NCBI GenBank assembly: GCA_964565945.1
Contig: CAZMGY010000029.1
Location: 4,294 to 36,293, forward strand
Reading direction: 5' to 3'
Origin: an uncultured bacterium
GTDB lineage: Bacteria; GCA-001730085
DNA: 32,000 bases
Both the position numbers and the translations under genes were made by a program. The notes below the pieces were generated by a model that searched no databases, had not been told where the DNA came from, and saw only the letters and a program-made list of their open reading frames with translations. This document shows, piece by piece, positions 9,894 to 19,801 of the stretch (position 1 is its first letter; the number at the start of each line of letters is the position of its first letter).

Positions 9894-10819
9894 GCCGCCA
9901 CCTCTGTTAAAGGACTCAATAAATGACTTAAGCTCAATTTAAGGTTCATGTTGTAATGAATATGACTACGCAGTTCCACCAAGCGCTCCCACAAAGCTTC
10001 CCGCACATGCTCATCCATATAATGCGCCATATGCCCAGACGCTTGCTGAGCCTCGGGCCACATCAACTTGGGAGTCGAATCCTGACAAACTTGCAAAACT
10101 GCACTATCACGCAAAACTAAACTGACAAGACCGAGGATATATTCCAAATACTCCTTATTACCTCTACTTTGATTTTTCGCTTTGTGCACATAATCGTTGA
10201 TCCGGTCGGTCACCACAGACAAAGCCTCCCGTTGCGGCTCACCCAAAATTTGTAGTAAAGCTTCGCGAATCTCTTCACTCGCCTCCAAATCTTTGTAAAC
10301 AAACCGTTCAACCGAAACCGTATTCAAAAGCACGCGACGGCAACGAGAAACCAGCGTCTCCAAAACTTCGTAAACATTGGTGGTCGAAAGAATCCAAAGA
10401 GTTCCGCGCGGAGGCTCCTCCAATATTTTAAGAAACGCATTGGCAGCTTCTTTATCAAAGCATTGCACATCTTGGACAAAACAAAGGCGTTGATCACTCA
10501 CCATAGGTTTTGTTTGGATCAAGTCTTGCAAATCCGCAATATCTTCGATCTTAATAAACTTAGCTTTCCCCGAAGGTTGAACGCGGCGCAAATCGACAAA
10601 ACAGTCGTTCTCAATTTGAGTACAGACCACACACTCTCCGCACCCTTCTCCAGGTTGTTCGGGACATTGCAATGATTGAGCCAACGAACGCACACACAAC
10701 CAAACATCTTCGCCATCGCCAAGAATTAAATAGGCATGCGCGAGTCTTTGCATCTCGATATCATTGGCCAAAACTTTGAGTGTCGGATAATCCTTAACCC
10801 AAGTAACAAAAGACTTCAT
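9890..10819 (-). CDS. holB: DNA polymerase III delta' subunit
   Basis: HAYLILG, zinc module CGECVVC, and ILEEPP / STTN..VLETLVSRC box motifs. There is no intact Walker A, as is usual for delta'. Start chosen at the ATG at 10819 (MKSFVTWVKDY), which has AAGGAA upstream; the track ORF extends to 10873. Confidence 0.8.
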   Translation of the reverse strand: MKSFVTWVKDYPTLKVLANDIEMQRLAHAYLILGDGEDVWLCVRSLAQSLQCPEQPGEGCGECVVCTQIENDCFVDLRRVQPSGKAKFIKIEDIADLQDLIQTKPMVSDQRLCFVQDVQCFDKEAANAFLKILEEPPRGTLWILSTTNVYEVLETLVSRCRRVLLNTVSVERFVYKDLEASEEIREALLQILGEPQREALSVVTDRINDYVHKAKNQSRGNKEYLEYILGLVSLVLRDSAVLQVCQDSTPKLMWPEAQQASGHMAHYMDEHVREALWERLVELRSHIHYNMNLKLSLSHLLSPLTEVAA

Positions 10820-11432
10820 GAACACATTCCTTGACTTGAGCAAAAATCGATTGAGGATCAGCATCAGCCACAATCAAACGCATGCGGTCCGGGTTGTTGT
10901 TCACAAGATCAATATAACCTTGTCGTACTTGATCCAAGTAACTCTCTCCCTTATTCTCAAAACGATCGCGTTCGTTGCGACGACGTTGTTCGCTTTTCTC
11001 CACAGTAATATCCAAAACAAAGGTCCGATCAGGCTCTAAGGTGCACCCGCCAACCTTCATAAGATCCTCAATAAGGCTTAACTTCAGCTTCCCAGCATAG
11101 CCTTGGTAAGCACGCGTTGCATCGGAAAAACGATCGCTAATCACAATAGCCCCACGCTGCAAAGCAGGTAAAATAACTTCATAAACATGCTGCACGCGGG
11201 CCGCAACCACTAGTAATAATTCGGTGTAAACGTGCATTTGATGATATGTTTTATCGAGCAAAAGCGCACGAATCTGTTCACCCAAAGGGGTTCCTCCAGG
11301 CTCTCGCGTGGAAACAACATCGTAACCTTGCTCTTCTAAATAGGCGACGAGCAATTGAATTTGGGTGCTTTTTCCAGCGCCATCAATACCTTCGAAGGAT
11401 AAAAACGTACCTGAATAATCCGAATAAGCCAC
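10794..11432 (-). CDS. tmk: Thymidylate kinase
   Basis: 212 aa. P-loop FEGIDGAGKSTQ and the DRF motif (ISDRFSDATRAYQG). GTG start preceded by GAGGAGG with a 7-nt spacing. Confidence 0.9.
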   Translation of the reverse strand: MAYSDYSGTFLSFEGIDGAGKSTQIQLLVAYLEEQGYDVVSTREPGGTPLGEQIRALLLDKTYHQMHVYTELLLVVAARVQHVYEVILPALQRGAIVISDRFSDATRAYQGYAGKLKLSLIEDLMKVGGCTLEPDRTFVLDITVEKSEQRRRNERDRFENKGESYLDQVRQGYIDLVNNNPDRMRLIVADADPQSIFAQVKECVHEVFCYLG

Positions 11433-11811
11433 GCACGAACCTCCTCATTTAACCTCAATTTCCAAACAAATCATCCTATCATGGATGCCGTGTTTTCTAC
11501 AAGAGATACCATTTTTCAAGCAAGCTCTCTTTTTTGATTACAAAACTCACGGCACCGTCAAGCTTGATCAAATTATGGAGGCGGGCCTTACACCCTTCCA
11601 GCAGGATACCCCCTAGCACTAATGTCTCTCATCTGCGTCCGTCGCATACGCTTGATAGGTAAGCTCTTGCATAAGGTGCACCCAACAAAAATCACTTCAC
11701 AACCAATCAGCAAAAAGCAAACGACTCACAGCCCCAAAACCATCCCCACAACAAAGAGTAACGCTTCGTGGATATCTATGTTAGAATAATGGCTTTAACA
11801 TAGGATAAATC

Positions 11812-13608
11812 ATGGAACAGTCACATATTCGTAATTTTTGCATTATTGCCCATATCGATCACGGCAAATCGACCATTGCTGATCGCTTGATGGAGGCTAC
11901 CCAATTGGTGTCCAAACGAGAGATGCAAGACCAACTTTTGGACGATATGGACCTTGAACGCGAAAAGGGCATCACCATCAAAGCCCGTGCCGTTCGCCTT
12001 TTGTATCAGCATACCGATGGAGAAACCTATCAGCTCAACATGATCGATACACCGGGTCATGTCGATTTTTCCTATGAAGTATCGCGCAGTCTATCCTCTT
12101 GCGACGGAGCGTTGCTAGTTGTGGATGCCGCTCAAGGGGTTGAAGCCCAAACCGTGGCCAATGTTTACTTAGCCACCCAACAAAACTTAAAGTTAATTCC
12201 AGTAATCAACAAAATTGATTTGCCCAGCGCTAATCCCGAAGGGGTTAAAAAAGAACTGGAAAATGTCTTGGCCATTCCAGCCGATGATGCCGTTCTCAGC
12301 AGTGCTAAGTCGGGTATCGGTATCAACGAGATTCTTAAACATATCGTCGAAAACATTTCTCCTCCCAAAGGAAATCGTCAACTGCCTCTGCAAGCGCTCA
12401 TTTTTGACTCGGTCTACGACACCTACCGTGGGGTGATTATTTTTATACGTGTGATTGAGGGCGTGCTTAAAAAAGGTTCCAAAATTCTAATGATGGGTAA
12501 ACAACGTGAATACGAAGTACTTGAGCTCGGCGTTTTCACACCTCAATATTACCCTCAAGACCAACTGGCCTGTGGCGAAGTGGGCTATGTGATTGCAAAC
12601 ATCAAAGAAGTGGGCGATGTACGCGTGGGCGATACCCTTACCCATGCAAAACATCCCGCTCAAGAAGCACTCCCAGGTTATGTTGAAGCCAAACCAATGG
12701 TCTACTCTGGGCTTTATCCTGTGGCCTCGTCGGATTACACTCTACTTCGCGAAGCCTTGGATAAACTCAAACTCAACGACGCTTCGATTTTTTACGAGCC
12801 CGAAACGTCGGCAGCAATTGGTTTTGGATTTCGTTGTGGCTTTCTCGGTCTGTTGCACATGGAAATCATTCAAGAACGCATCGAACGCGAGTTTGGTCTT
12901 AACGTAATCACCACCACGCCGAATGTGCGTTACCGTGCCTACCTTAACTCCAGCGAAGAGGTAGTTGTCAATAGCCCAGCTGAAATGCCCGATGCGAGAG
13001 AACTTGACTATATTGCCGAGCCTTATGTGAAAGCGCTCATCATTGTTCCTTCCGAATTTGTCGGAGGCATTATGCAGTTGGTCAAAGATCGTCGTGGCAT
13101 CTATGTTAGCACCGAATATCTTGACGAAACGCGGGTAATTCTTAAATACGAACTTCCCTTAGCCGAAGTGGTCAGTGATTTTTATGACAAACTGAAATCA
13201 ATTAGTCGTGGTTATGCCTCATTTGACTATGAGTTTAGTGACTACCGTCGTGGCAACTTGGCCAAATTACATATTTTGGTCAATGGTGAAAACGTTGATC
13301 CTTTATCGATCATTGTCAGTCGTGAAAAAGCCGACGACAAAGGTCGAAAACTGATCGAAAAACTCAAAGAACTGATTCCTCGCCAACTTTTTGAAATTGT
13401 CCTCCAAGCGACTATTGGTGGTAAAATTATTGCACGAACCCAAATTCGCGCCATTCGCAAAAATGTAACCGCCAAATGTTATGGTGGAGATATCACGCGG
13501 AAACGCAAACTTTTGGAAAAACAAAAAGAAGGTAAAAAACGGATGAAACAAGTGGCCAACATCGAAATACCTCAGGAAGCCTTCTTAGCTATTTTAAAGG
13601 TCGATTAA
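11812..13608 (+). CDS. lepA: Elongation factor 4 (LepA)
   Basis: 598 aa. [21 protein letters not shown]1 motif and DTPGHVDF. The LepA-specific C-terminal region is present ([23 protein letters not shown]). Confidence 0.95.
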   Translation: MEQSHIRNFCIIAHIDHGKSTIADRLMEATQLVSKREMQDQLLDDMDLEREKGITIKARAVRLLYQHTDGETYQLNMIDTPGHVDFSYEVSRSLSSCDGALLVVDAAQGVEAQTVANVYLATQQNLKLIPVINKIDLPSANPEGVKKELENVLAIPADDAVLSSAKSGIGINEILKHIVENISPPKGNRQLPLQALIFDSVYDTYRGVIIFIRVIEGVLKKGSKILMMGKQREYEVLELGVFTPQYYPQDQLACGEVGYVIANIKEVGDVRVGDTLTHAKHPAQEALPGYVEAKPMVYSGLYPVASSDYTLLREALDKLKLNDASIFYEPETSAAIGFGFRCGFLGLLHMEIIQERIEREFGLNVITTTPNVRYRAYLNSSEEVVVNSPAEMPDARELDYIAEPYVKALIIVPSEFVGGIMQLVKDRRGIYVSTEYLDETRVILKYELPLAEVVSDFYDKLKSISRGYASFDYEFSDYRRGNLAKLHILVNGENVDPLSIIVSREKADDKGRKLIEKLKELIPRQLFEIVLQATIGGKIIARTQIRAIRKNVTAKCYGGDITRKRKLLEKQKEGKKRMKQVANIEIPQEAFLAILKVD

Positions 13609-13623
13609 AAAGGAGCCTTATTT

Positions 13624-14295
13624 ATGTCCTCTACATTTTGTTTTATTATTGGTGTTGTGCTGATCGCATCTTTGGTGGTTTTATTTTTCTCGAAACAATC
13701 CAAGCATGTGGAAACCGCCGAGTCGATTTTGGTTGCTTTCATCTGCGCAATGGTAATCAAAACCTTTGTGATCCAAGCGTTTAAAATCCCTTCGCAATCG
13801 ATGGTCTCAACGCTTAACATTGGCAATCGACTGTTAGCCACCAAATTCAACTTTCACTTTCGTGAACCTAAACGCGGTGAAGTCGTGATTTTTCGCTCAC
13901 CTTCGGATCCTAAAAAAGAATTTGTGAAACGCCTGATCGGATTGCCTGGAGACAGCATCACAATCAAAGATGGCGCCGTTTTTGTCAATGGACAAAAGTT
14001 TGACAACCCCTCTTTCGATGTTCATTATTACAATATGATTTCCCACATGATTCCTTTTCTGAAAAATAGCCACATCTACTACGACACATCTCATGGTGCT
14101 TACCAGCGTTATTTTCAAGGACTCGGCCTCAACAATCAAACATTCACAGTTCCCGACGACAGTTATTTTGTTTTAGGAGATAACAGTGGACAGAGTAGTG
14201 ACAGCCGTTACTGGGGGTACATCCCTAAGCACATGCTGCACGGAAAAGTTTTTTTGGTTTATTGGCCCTTAACTCAATTTCACATTGTTAAATAA
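13624..14295 (+). CDS. lepB: Signal peptidase I
   Basis: 223 aa. N-terminal TM segment, catalytic Ser box IPSQSM, Lys box KRLIGLPGD, and GDNSGQSSDSRYWG. Confidence 0.9.
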   Translation: MSSTFCFIIGVVLIASLVVLFFSKQSKHVETAESILVAFICAMVIKTFVIQAFKIPSQSMVSTLNIGNRLLATKFNFHFREPKRGEVVIFRSPSDPKKEFVKRLIGLPGDSITIKDGAVFVNGQKFDNPSFDVHYYNMISHMIPFLKNSHIYYDTSHGAYQRYFQGLGLNNQTFTVPDDSYFVLGDNSGQSSDSRYWGYIPKHMLHGKVFLVYWPLTQFHIVK

Positions 14296-14310
14296 TATTT
14301 AGGAAAATCG

Positions 14311-15633
14311 ATGTCCCGTAAATCTAAAGCCCCCCTTATCGCTATTGTCGGACGTCCCAATGTGGGCAAATCGTCGTTGTTCAACCGTCTTTTGGGTCAA
14401 CAACTTTCGATTGTCGATAATGTGAGTGGCATCACGCGCGACCGCATTTATGCCTTTATCGAAAATTACGAACGCGCCTTTGGTCTCATCGATACGGGAG
14501 GTCTTTCGTTCAACGACCAAGATCATTTTCAAAGCGACATTGTCACCCAAGTCCATGCTGGCCTCGAAGAATGCCAAGGCGTTATCTTTGTGGTCGATGG
14601 CCAAACTGGGCTTCACCCAATAGATCACGAAGTGGCTCAAATACTACGCGAATACGACAAACCTTGCGCTGTGGCGGTTAATAAAGTTGATTCTCCAAAT
14701 GGCGAGGAGGCTATGTCAGATTTTTTTGAACTGGGCTTCGAACAGGTCTTCGCCACTTCGGCCAAACAAAACTTAGGCCTTACTTCTCTGGTCAATACAC
14801 TCTTAACTGCTTGTCCCAAAGGCAAACTCGAAAATGAACCCGAAGCGAATAAAATTGCCATTTTAGGTCGTCCCAACGTGGGTAAATCATCGTTGATCAA
14901 TAAAATCAGTAACGAAGAACGTTTGATTGTCTCCGAACAAGCGAGTACAACACGCGACTCCGTTGATATTCACATCAAACGCGAAGGTCAACACTACGTG
15001 TTCATAGATACCGCGGGACTTCGCTACCGTCGCAAGGTCAACAACAGCATCGAGTTTTATAGCGTTAAACGCACTGAACAAAGTCTTAAACGTTGCAATG
15101 TGGCACTCATTATGATCAATGCTGCAGAAGGGCTGACCACACAAGATCTAAAAATTGTTAAAATGATTGACCAGGCTGGCAAAGCTGCTGCCATTCTAAT
15201 CAATAAGTGGGATCTCTTTTCGGGCGTCCACCAAAAAGAATTCGTCAGAGATCAACTGCATCGTATCAAACCCTACACCTACTTACCTTACTTATTCACA
15301 TCGGCTCTTGAAGGCCAAAATGTATCTAAAATTTTAGACCTCGTCCACCTGATCGACGAAGAACAAAAACAGCGTACCTCAACTGGTATTCTCAATCGCT
15401 TTTTGCAAAAAATTGTTCGCCAAACACCTCCGCCACGCCGACGAGGCAAATTGCTTAAGTTTTACTACATAGCTCAAGTGGATCGCACACCACCAACTTT
15501 TCAAATTTCAATCAATAGCAAAGACTTGATTGACCTGGCCTACAAGCGTTTTATTGAAAATCAAATCCGCGAACAATTTGGTTTCACTGGAGCTCCGATA
15601 CGCCTACGCTTTCAAGACAAAAAGTCCAACTAA
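14311..15633 (+). CDS. der: Ribosome-associated GTPase Der (EngA)
   Basis: 440 aa. Two tandem GTPase domains, each with GRPNVGKSS, plus a KH-like C-terminus. Confidence 0.93.
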   Translation: MSRKSKAPLIAIVGRPNVGKSSLFNRLLGQQLSIVDNVSGITRDRIYAFIENYERAFGLIDTGGLSFNDQDHFQSDIVTQVHAGLEECQGVIFVVDGQTGLHPIDHEVAQILREYDKPCAVAVNKVDSPNGEEAMSDFFELGFEQVFATSAKQNLGLTSLVNTLLTACPKGKLENEPEANKIAILGRPNVGKSSLINKISNEERLIVSEQASTTRDSVDIHIKREGQHYVFIDTAGLRYRRKVNNSIEFYSVKRTEQSLKRCNVALIMINAAEGLTTQDLKIVKMIDQAGKAAAILINKWDLFSGVHQKEFVRDQLHRIKPYTYLPYLFTSALEGQNVSKILDLVHLIDEEQKQRTSTGILNRFLQKIVRQTPPPRRRGKLLKFYYIAQVDRTPPTFQISINSKDLIDLAYKRFIENQIREQFGFTGAPIRLRFQDKKSN

Positions 15634-16014
15634 AAGAATATTCCTTTATGAGTCCGTGGAAACAGTTTTCGAAGTGAATAAAATATCTTCGCAATACTGT
15701 GAATTTTCATGCACAGGGCTGAGTGAAACTACCAAGAACAATTGATCAAAAGTTATTATCATTTTGTTCTTCGGATCGGCTTGATTGTATGTTTGAATCA
15801 AAACATGCAAAGCTTGATAACCTTTTTCGTCTAATAAAAAGCTGTGGGAATCTTCCTAGCTAACTACACAGGATCCCAACTTGGCGCCAAAATCACAAAT
15901 GAATAAGGCAAAACAAATGCCATCATATATATGATAACATATTCAAATACTCTTCCCAGAGTTCTTACAATTTTTAAGGAGAAATGACACCAGACCCTAT
16001 GCTACAATTGGCAC

Positions 16015-16617
16015 ATGCAAGTATTCGTTTTGGGAGCTATTTTTAGTTTTTTGTGTGGAGCGATTCCAACCAGTTATTTGATTGGCCGTTGGGTGGGACG
16101 GTTTGATATCCGCACTAAAGGTAGTGGCAACGTAGGCGCTACCAATGTGAATCGCACCCTTGGAGCTAAATGGGGTCTGTTTGTCTTACTTTTTGACGCC
16201 CTCAAAGGAGTTGTCGCCGTCCTTCTGCTCAGCCGATTATGTACACAAAACGAAATCCCCTTATTAGTGCAACAAACACTCTATGGAGGAATAGCCGTTA
16301 TGGGACATATTTGGACACCTTTTCTCAAGCTCAAAGGAGGTAAAGGCGTTGCCACTAGCCTAGGCGTGTTTCTCATTCTTGCACCTTTGGCCATGGGCAT
16401 CAGCGCCCTTCTTTTTGTGGTGCTCGTCACACTCACGCGTTATATATCCGTCGGATCGGTTCTTGGAGCCATGACCTTGCCTCTTTGGGTTTATCTCTTG
16501 AACTATCCCAAAATTGTCTTTATTGTTAGTGCCATCATAGCCGCCATCGTGGTTCGCAAGCACAAAGACAATCTACGTCGCTTGACCCTAGGCGAAGAAA
16601 ACAGGTTTTCCTTGTAA
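16015..16617 (+). CDS. plsY: Glycerol-3-phosphate acyltransferase PlsY
   Basis: 200 aa, polytopic. GSGNVGATN signature. Confidence 0.88.
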   Translation: MQVFVLGAIFSFLCGAIPTSYLIGRWVGRFDIRTKGSGNVGATNVNRTLGAKWGLFVLLFDALKGVVAVLLLSRLCTQNEIPLLVQQTLYGGIAVMGHIWTPFLKLKGGKGVATSLGVFLILAPLAMGISALLFVVLVTLTRYISVGSVLGAMTLPLWVYLLNYPKIVFIVSAIIAAIVVRKHKDNLRRLTLGEENRFSL

Positions 16618-16841
16618 GAAATTCATCAAAAAATACAATATTAGAGTTCACTAGAAGCTTAGCACACCATTAAAAGAAGACATCCAAGTTAATTACTCTC
16701 CCTTTATTCGCTTCCTTACTTATTGCTTTAATAATCACCTGCAAAGCATTTTCTCTGGCCCCTCTATTTCTCCTAGGATAAATGAACGACCAGACCCCAA
16801 TCGCCCAAAAGGTCTCTCCAGCAAAGCCACCTAAGCTCGAT

Positions 16842-17993
16842 TTAAGTTAAGGACTCTAGTTTTTTAACCTGACCAGTTCGCAAATAAAAGTCGCGCAACG
16901 CCTGCTGCAAGTCTTGAAAGGTGGGATTAGTGTCGTCAATGATTTTACGAGCTTTGTTCAACGCACGCAACAGATAGACTTCGGCCTTATCTGTTTGATC
17001 TTGTTTTTCAAAAATAAGCCCTAGCTGTTGTGTCACATAAATTTCGTTCACCGATTGTGCTCCAAAAACTTTAGCACCAACGCGCAACGAAACTTCGTAG
17101 TAACGCTCAGCTGCCACATAGTCCTCGCGCAAAAATTCTAGCTCGGCCAAGTTATTATAAAAAATCACGGCTTCTTCCGACATTTCTATATAGGGAACAT
17201 CGACAATCAATTTGAGAGCTTCACGGTAGTAACTTAAGGCTTCCTCGAAATCTCCTCGCTCCATAAAAGCATGGCCGAGGTTATTAAAAATACCCAATTT
17301 GGTGCGCGGATCGTCGGCTTCCTGTAACAAGAGATAAAACTCCTCTTCGGCTTTTTCCACATTCCCCATATCTAAGTGAATCAAGGCCAAATTAAAGCGG
17401 GCGCTTCGCATCTGCTCATGACCAGGAGGAAAGTTTTTTTCGGCCACCATGTAGGCATGTTCGAAAATAGGCACCGCTTTATCAAACAGCTTTTCTTTAC
17501 GATACGCCTCGGCCAAGCCATTAAAGTAAGGTAACAAATCCCGATGACCACTCCCCAACTCTTTCTTAAGAAACTCAATGTAATCTTTCGATGCATCGAT
17601 GACTTGTCCTAACAGCCCTTGATAGTAATAGACTGAAGCTAACTGCCCAAAAATACGCTGCGTTTGTTTATGGGCAGCACCCCAGCGTTTTAAAGATCTG
17701 TTCAACACATCTTGATACAAGAGCTGAGCTTCGCTCAAACGGTTTTGGCGATGCAGATTAAGCGCCAGCAAGTACGCCCCCTTAAACATAACATCATCGT
17801 TGGCCGCAAATTCTTTCTGTGCCCACACATAAAGGTTTTGCACATATTTGAGCGATTTTTCAAATTTCTCATTTTGATATAAAGCCTGAGCACGATCAAA
17901 TCCCTGAGCCCACTCATCCAAGGAGGCATGCAAGCCTGTAAGACACCCAAAAATACATAAAGATAAAGCCGTACAACGATGTAACCATCTCAT
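16842..17993 (-). CDS. Secreted or lipoprotein TPR-repeat protein
   Basis: 383 aa. Signal-like N-terminus MRWLHRCTALSLCIFGC. Repeated 34-residue TPR-like A/Y/L patterns run throughout. Confidence 0.6.
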   Translation of the reverse strand: MRWLHRCTALSLCIFGCLTGLHASLDEWAQGFDRAQALYQNEKFEKSLKYVQNLYVWAQKEFAANDDVMFKGAYLLALNLHRQNRLSEAQLLYQDVLNRSLKRWGAAHKQTQRIFGQLASVYYYQGLLGQVIDASKDYIEFLKKELGSGHRDLLPYFNGLAEAYRKEKLFDKAVPIFEHAYMVAEKNFPPGHEQMRSARFNLALIHLDMGNVEKAEEEFYLLLQEADDPRTKLGIFNNLGHAFMERGDFEEALSYYREALKLIVDVPYIEMSEEAVIFYNNLAELEFLREDYVAAERYYEVSLRVGAKVFGAQSVNEIYVTQQLGLIFEKQDQTDKAEVYLLRALNKARKIIDDTNPTFQDLQQALRDFYLRTGQVKKLESLT

Positions 17994-18066
17994 TAGCTAT
18001 TCCTTCCTTGCCCTTCTTTTTTCTTGCTTTGTATTGTACTATTAAGGACGCAAGGAGAACAGCAAC

Positions 18067-19065
18067 ATGTCACAACAAGTCACAGTTTGGGGTGCAGGAA
18101 GCTGGGGCACAACACTGGCTCTGGTGCTCACTCAAAAAGGACATTCGATTTGTCTCTGGGACAACGATCCCGAACAAGCTAAACGCCTGAGCAGCACACG
18201 AGAAAACGAACGATTCCTCAAAGGATACACTTTACCTGAAACCATTGCAATTACAACAGATTTGCAAAAAGCATACACCACAAGTTCGATGCATATTTTA
18301 GCCATACCTTCGCATGTACTTCGCACTTTCTTGCAACACTTACATCCTTATAAATATAGTGCCAAAACCTGGGTGAGTGTAATTAAAGGCATCGAACAAA
18401 CAAGCTTATTGCGAATGAGCCAAGTGATTGGCGAAGAGCTCGGTTGTAAACACCAGGTAGCCTGTCTCTCGGGGCCAACCCATGCCGAAGAAGTGGCCCA
18501 AGGCATCCCCTCGGCCATTGTCGTGGCATCAACGGACCCGACCTTAAGCCAAGATATCCAACAACTGTTCACCACCGAAACATTTCGCGTCTACACCAAT
18601 TCCGATATCGTGGGCGTCGAAATAGGCGGATCGCTTAAAAACGTGATTGCTCTGGCGACTGGCATTGCTGATGGCCTCGGTCTCGGCGATAACAGCAAGG
18701 CGGCTGTGATGACGCGCGGTCTCGCCGAAATCAGCAAGCTCGGACACGTTTTGGGAGCTAAGCCCCAAACCTTTGCTGGTCTTTCGGGCATGGGTGACCT
18801 GATCACAACCTGCATTAGTAAGCATAGCCGCAACCGTCATGTGGGTGAACGTATTGGTCGCGGAGAATCCTTGCAAGACATTATCGACTCTATGCATATG
18901 GTGGCCGAAGGTGTTAAAACCACCCAAAGTGCTTTTGACTTGGCTCAAAAACATCTGGTGGATGTTCCGATTATTCAAGAAATGCAACAAGTCCTTTGGG
19001 AGAATAAAAGCCCTCAGCAAGCTATTCATGATCTGCTTCATCGACCCCAAACCAAAGAAATGTAA
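18067..19065 (+). CDS. gpsA: NAD(P)H-dependent glycerol-3-phosphate dehydrogenase
   Basis: 332 aa. VWGAGSWGTTLA dinucleotide fold and GSLKNVIALATG. AAGGAG RBS upstream. Confidence 0.92.
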   Translation: MSQQVTVWGAGSWGTTLALVLTQKGHSICLWDNDPEQAKRLSSTRENERFLKGYTLPETIAITTDLQKAYTTSSMHILAIPSHVLRTFLQHLHPYKYSAKTWVSVIKGIEQTSLLRMSQVIGEELGCKHQVACLSGPTHAEEVAQGIPSAIVVASTDPTLSQDIQQLFTTETFRVYTNSDIVGVEIGGSLKNVIALATGIADGLGLGDNSKAAVMTRGLAEISKLGHVLGAKPQTFAGLSGMGDLITTCISKHSRNRHVGERIGRGESLQDIIDSMHMVAEGVKTTQSAFDLAQKHLVDVPIIQEMQQVLWENKSPQQAIHDLLHRPQTKEM

Positions 19066-19428
19066 GCACAACACCAGAAGAACACCCTATGAAATGGCAA
19101 CACATCCTAGCTATCTTATCCCTTATGACACCGACACTCCGTAGCGCTCGCGCCTAGCGGTAACCTTTCCGCCACCACAGTCTCAATTTCTTCCCAGTAA
19201 GAAATGCAATATTTATTTGATCTTCTGGGAGGCAAAACCCTCCGTGTTCAAGATCAACCAACGGCAAACTACGCAAGTTCACCACATAACTTCCAAAAAA
19301 ACTGGCAAAAATTCATGCGGTCAGACTGATTTTTGATGCACAAACCTCTTCAATCCAATTACACACTTTGGTGGCGCCCTAGTGGCAACTAAACAATAAG
19401 ATTTAACAAAGACCAAGATTCTTTCTTA

Positions 19429-19437
19429 TGCTATAAT
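19429..19437 (+). promoter_or_regulatory. Extended -10 promoter (TGcTATAAT) for tRNA-Pro
   Basis: TGnTATAAT at 19429..19437, 38 nt upstream of the tRNA 5' end. No good -35 element was found. Confidence 0.4.
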
Positions 19438-19474
19438 GTCTTCTTGCTTTTCGGGTTCAAAGCACGTTTTTTAT

Positions 19475-19548
19475 CGGGGCGTAGCGCAGTCTGGTAGCGC
19501 GCACGGCTGGGGGTCGTGGTGTCGCAGGTTCAAATCCTGTCGCCCCGA
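19475..19548 (+). tRNA. tRNA-Pro (anticodon GGG), no encoded CCA
   Basis: Hand-folded cloverleaf of 74 nt. Acceptor CGGGGCG/CGCCCCG, D stem GCGC/GCGC, anticodon stem CACGG/TCGTG with loop CU-GGG-GG, T stem GCAGG/CCTGT with loop TTCAAAT, and discriminator A. Confidence 0.9.
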
Positions 19549-19581
19549 TATATTCTTAATTTACGCCTGTCGCTACAAATC

Positions 19582-19743
19582 TTACTCTGCCACCGACGGC
19601 TCAATAAAAGCCACTGCACGACTTTTAAAATCATTCCAAACGGCATGACCCCACGGAGAAGGATGTGTAGGAGGAGTTAAAGCGAGCACGACTCCAGAGT
19701 ATAAGCAAACAACGAAGACTTCTAATAAAAGTCGAAATTTCAT
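19582..19743 (-). CDS. Possible small secreted protein (53 aa), below the ORF-track cutoff
   Basis: My own translation gives MKFRLLLEVFVVCLYSGVVLALTPPTHPSPWGHAVWNDFKSRAVAFIEPSVAE. It has a hydrophobic signal-like N-terminus and AGGA about 9 nt upstream of the ATG. No homology could be assessed. Confidence 0.25.
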   Translation of the reverse strand: MKFRLLLEVFVVCLYSGVVLALTPPTHPSPWGHAVWNDFKSRAVAFIEPSVAE

Positions 19744-19801
19744 AACTTTTATCCTATAATAGATTCGGTTTAATTTAGATATAAAATATTAGAATGCTTA
19801 T

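Noticed and set aside
11433-11811. Possible SRP/4.5S-like or other ncRNA in the 379-bp tmk/lepA spacer. A CUGGAAGGG segment superficially recalls the SRP GGAA tetraloop region.
   Set aside because: The flanking bases do not form the helix-8 pairing or the conserved AGCA/CAGG loops when checked by hand. No other known ncRNA signature was recognised. This needs a covariance-model scan.
19436-19648. 70-aa ORF on the plus strand.
   Set aside because: It reads straight through the well-folded tRNA-Pro (19475..19548), so it is spurious.
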